Shown: piece by piece, positions 63,818 through 64,000 of the stretch
How positions within the stretch are numbered: the stretch's first letter is position 1
Layout of the letters: every line of letters begins with the position of its first letter
Assembly: GCA_951406725.2 (NCBI GenBank)
Contig: OX597830.1
Span: 62,744,001 to 62,808,000, forward strand
Source of the DNA: Octopus vulgaris
Lineage: Eukaryota
Direction: 5' to 3'
DNA length: 64,000 nucleotides
Position numbers and translations under genes: made by a program
The notes under the pieces: generated by a model
The model's input: only the letters and a program-made list of their open reading frames with translations
Database searches by the model: none
What the model was told of the DNA's origin: nothing

Positions 63818-64000
63818 CTTCAATGATGTTGCAACTCATTCCTACAGCTGAGTGAACTGGAGCAATGTGAAAATAAAGTGTCTTGCTCAAGAAAACACAC
63901 ACAGCCTGATCCGGAAATCAAACTCACTACCTTATGATTGTATGCCTGACAGTCTTACCACTGAGCCATGCATGGCTATATCAGAATTTAATATGAAACA

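Overview
AT-rich, microsatellite- and SINE-saturated eukaryotic DNA. The repeat landscape resembles an Octopus (coleoid cephalopod) genome; this is inferred from the repeats, not proven. One complete spliced gene can be built on the + strand: six coding exons at 5542-19061, all with GT-AG introns and compatible phases. It encodes 465 aa of an HSL-like alpha/beta-hydrolase resembling isoprenylcysteine methylesterase (ICME), with GHSCG/Asp/His triad, an atypical FGEGW oxyanion motif and a long acidic insert. Also present: an intact tRNA-Asn(GTT) gene (56072-56145, -), a candidate first exon of a second gene (56807), a decayed mariner, CR1, RTE and CRE-like LINE remnants, Helitron, piggyBac and hAT-type non-autonomous elements, several SINE families, and an AAAATTTT-based satellite. 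The most notable unannotated signal is a set of type I hammerhead-ribozyme motifs (about five with an intact core, three decayed). Most sit in short elements inserted into (TA)n tracts, and one lies at the 3' end of a tRNA-headed SINE. Almost all ORFs in the supplied track are microsatellite or SINE artefacts. All folds and alignments were done by eye.
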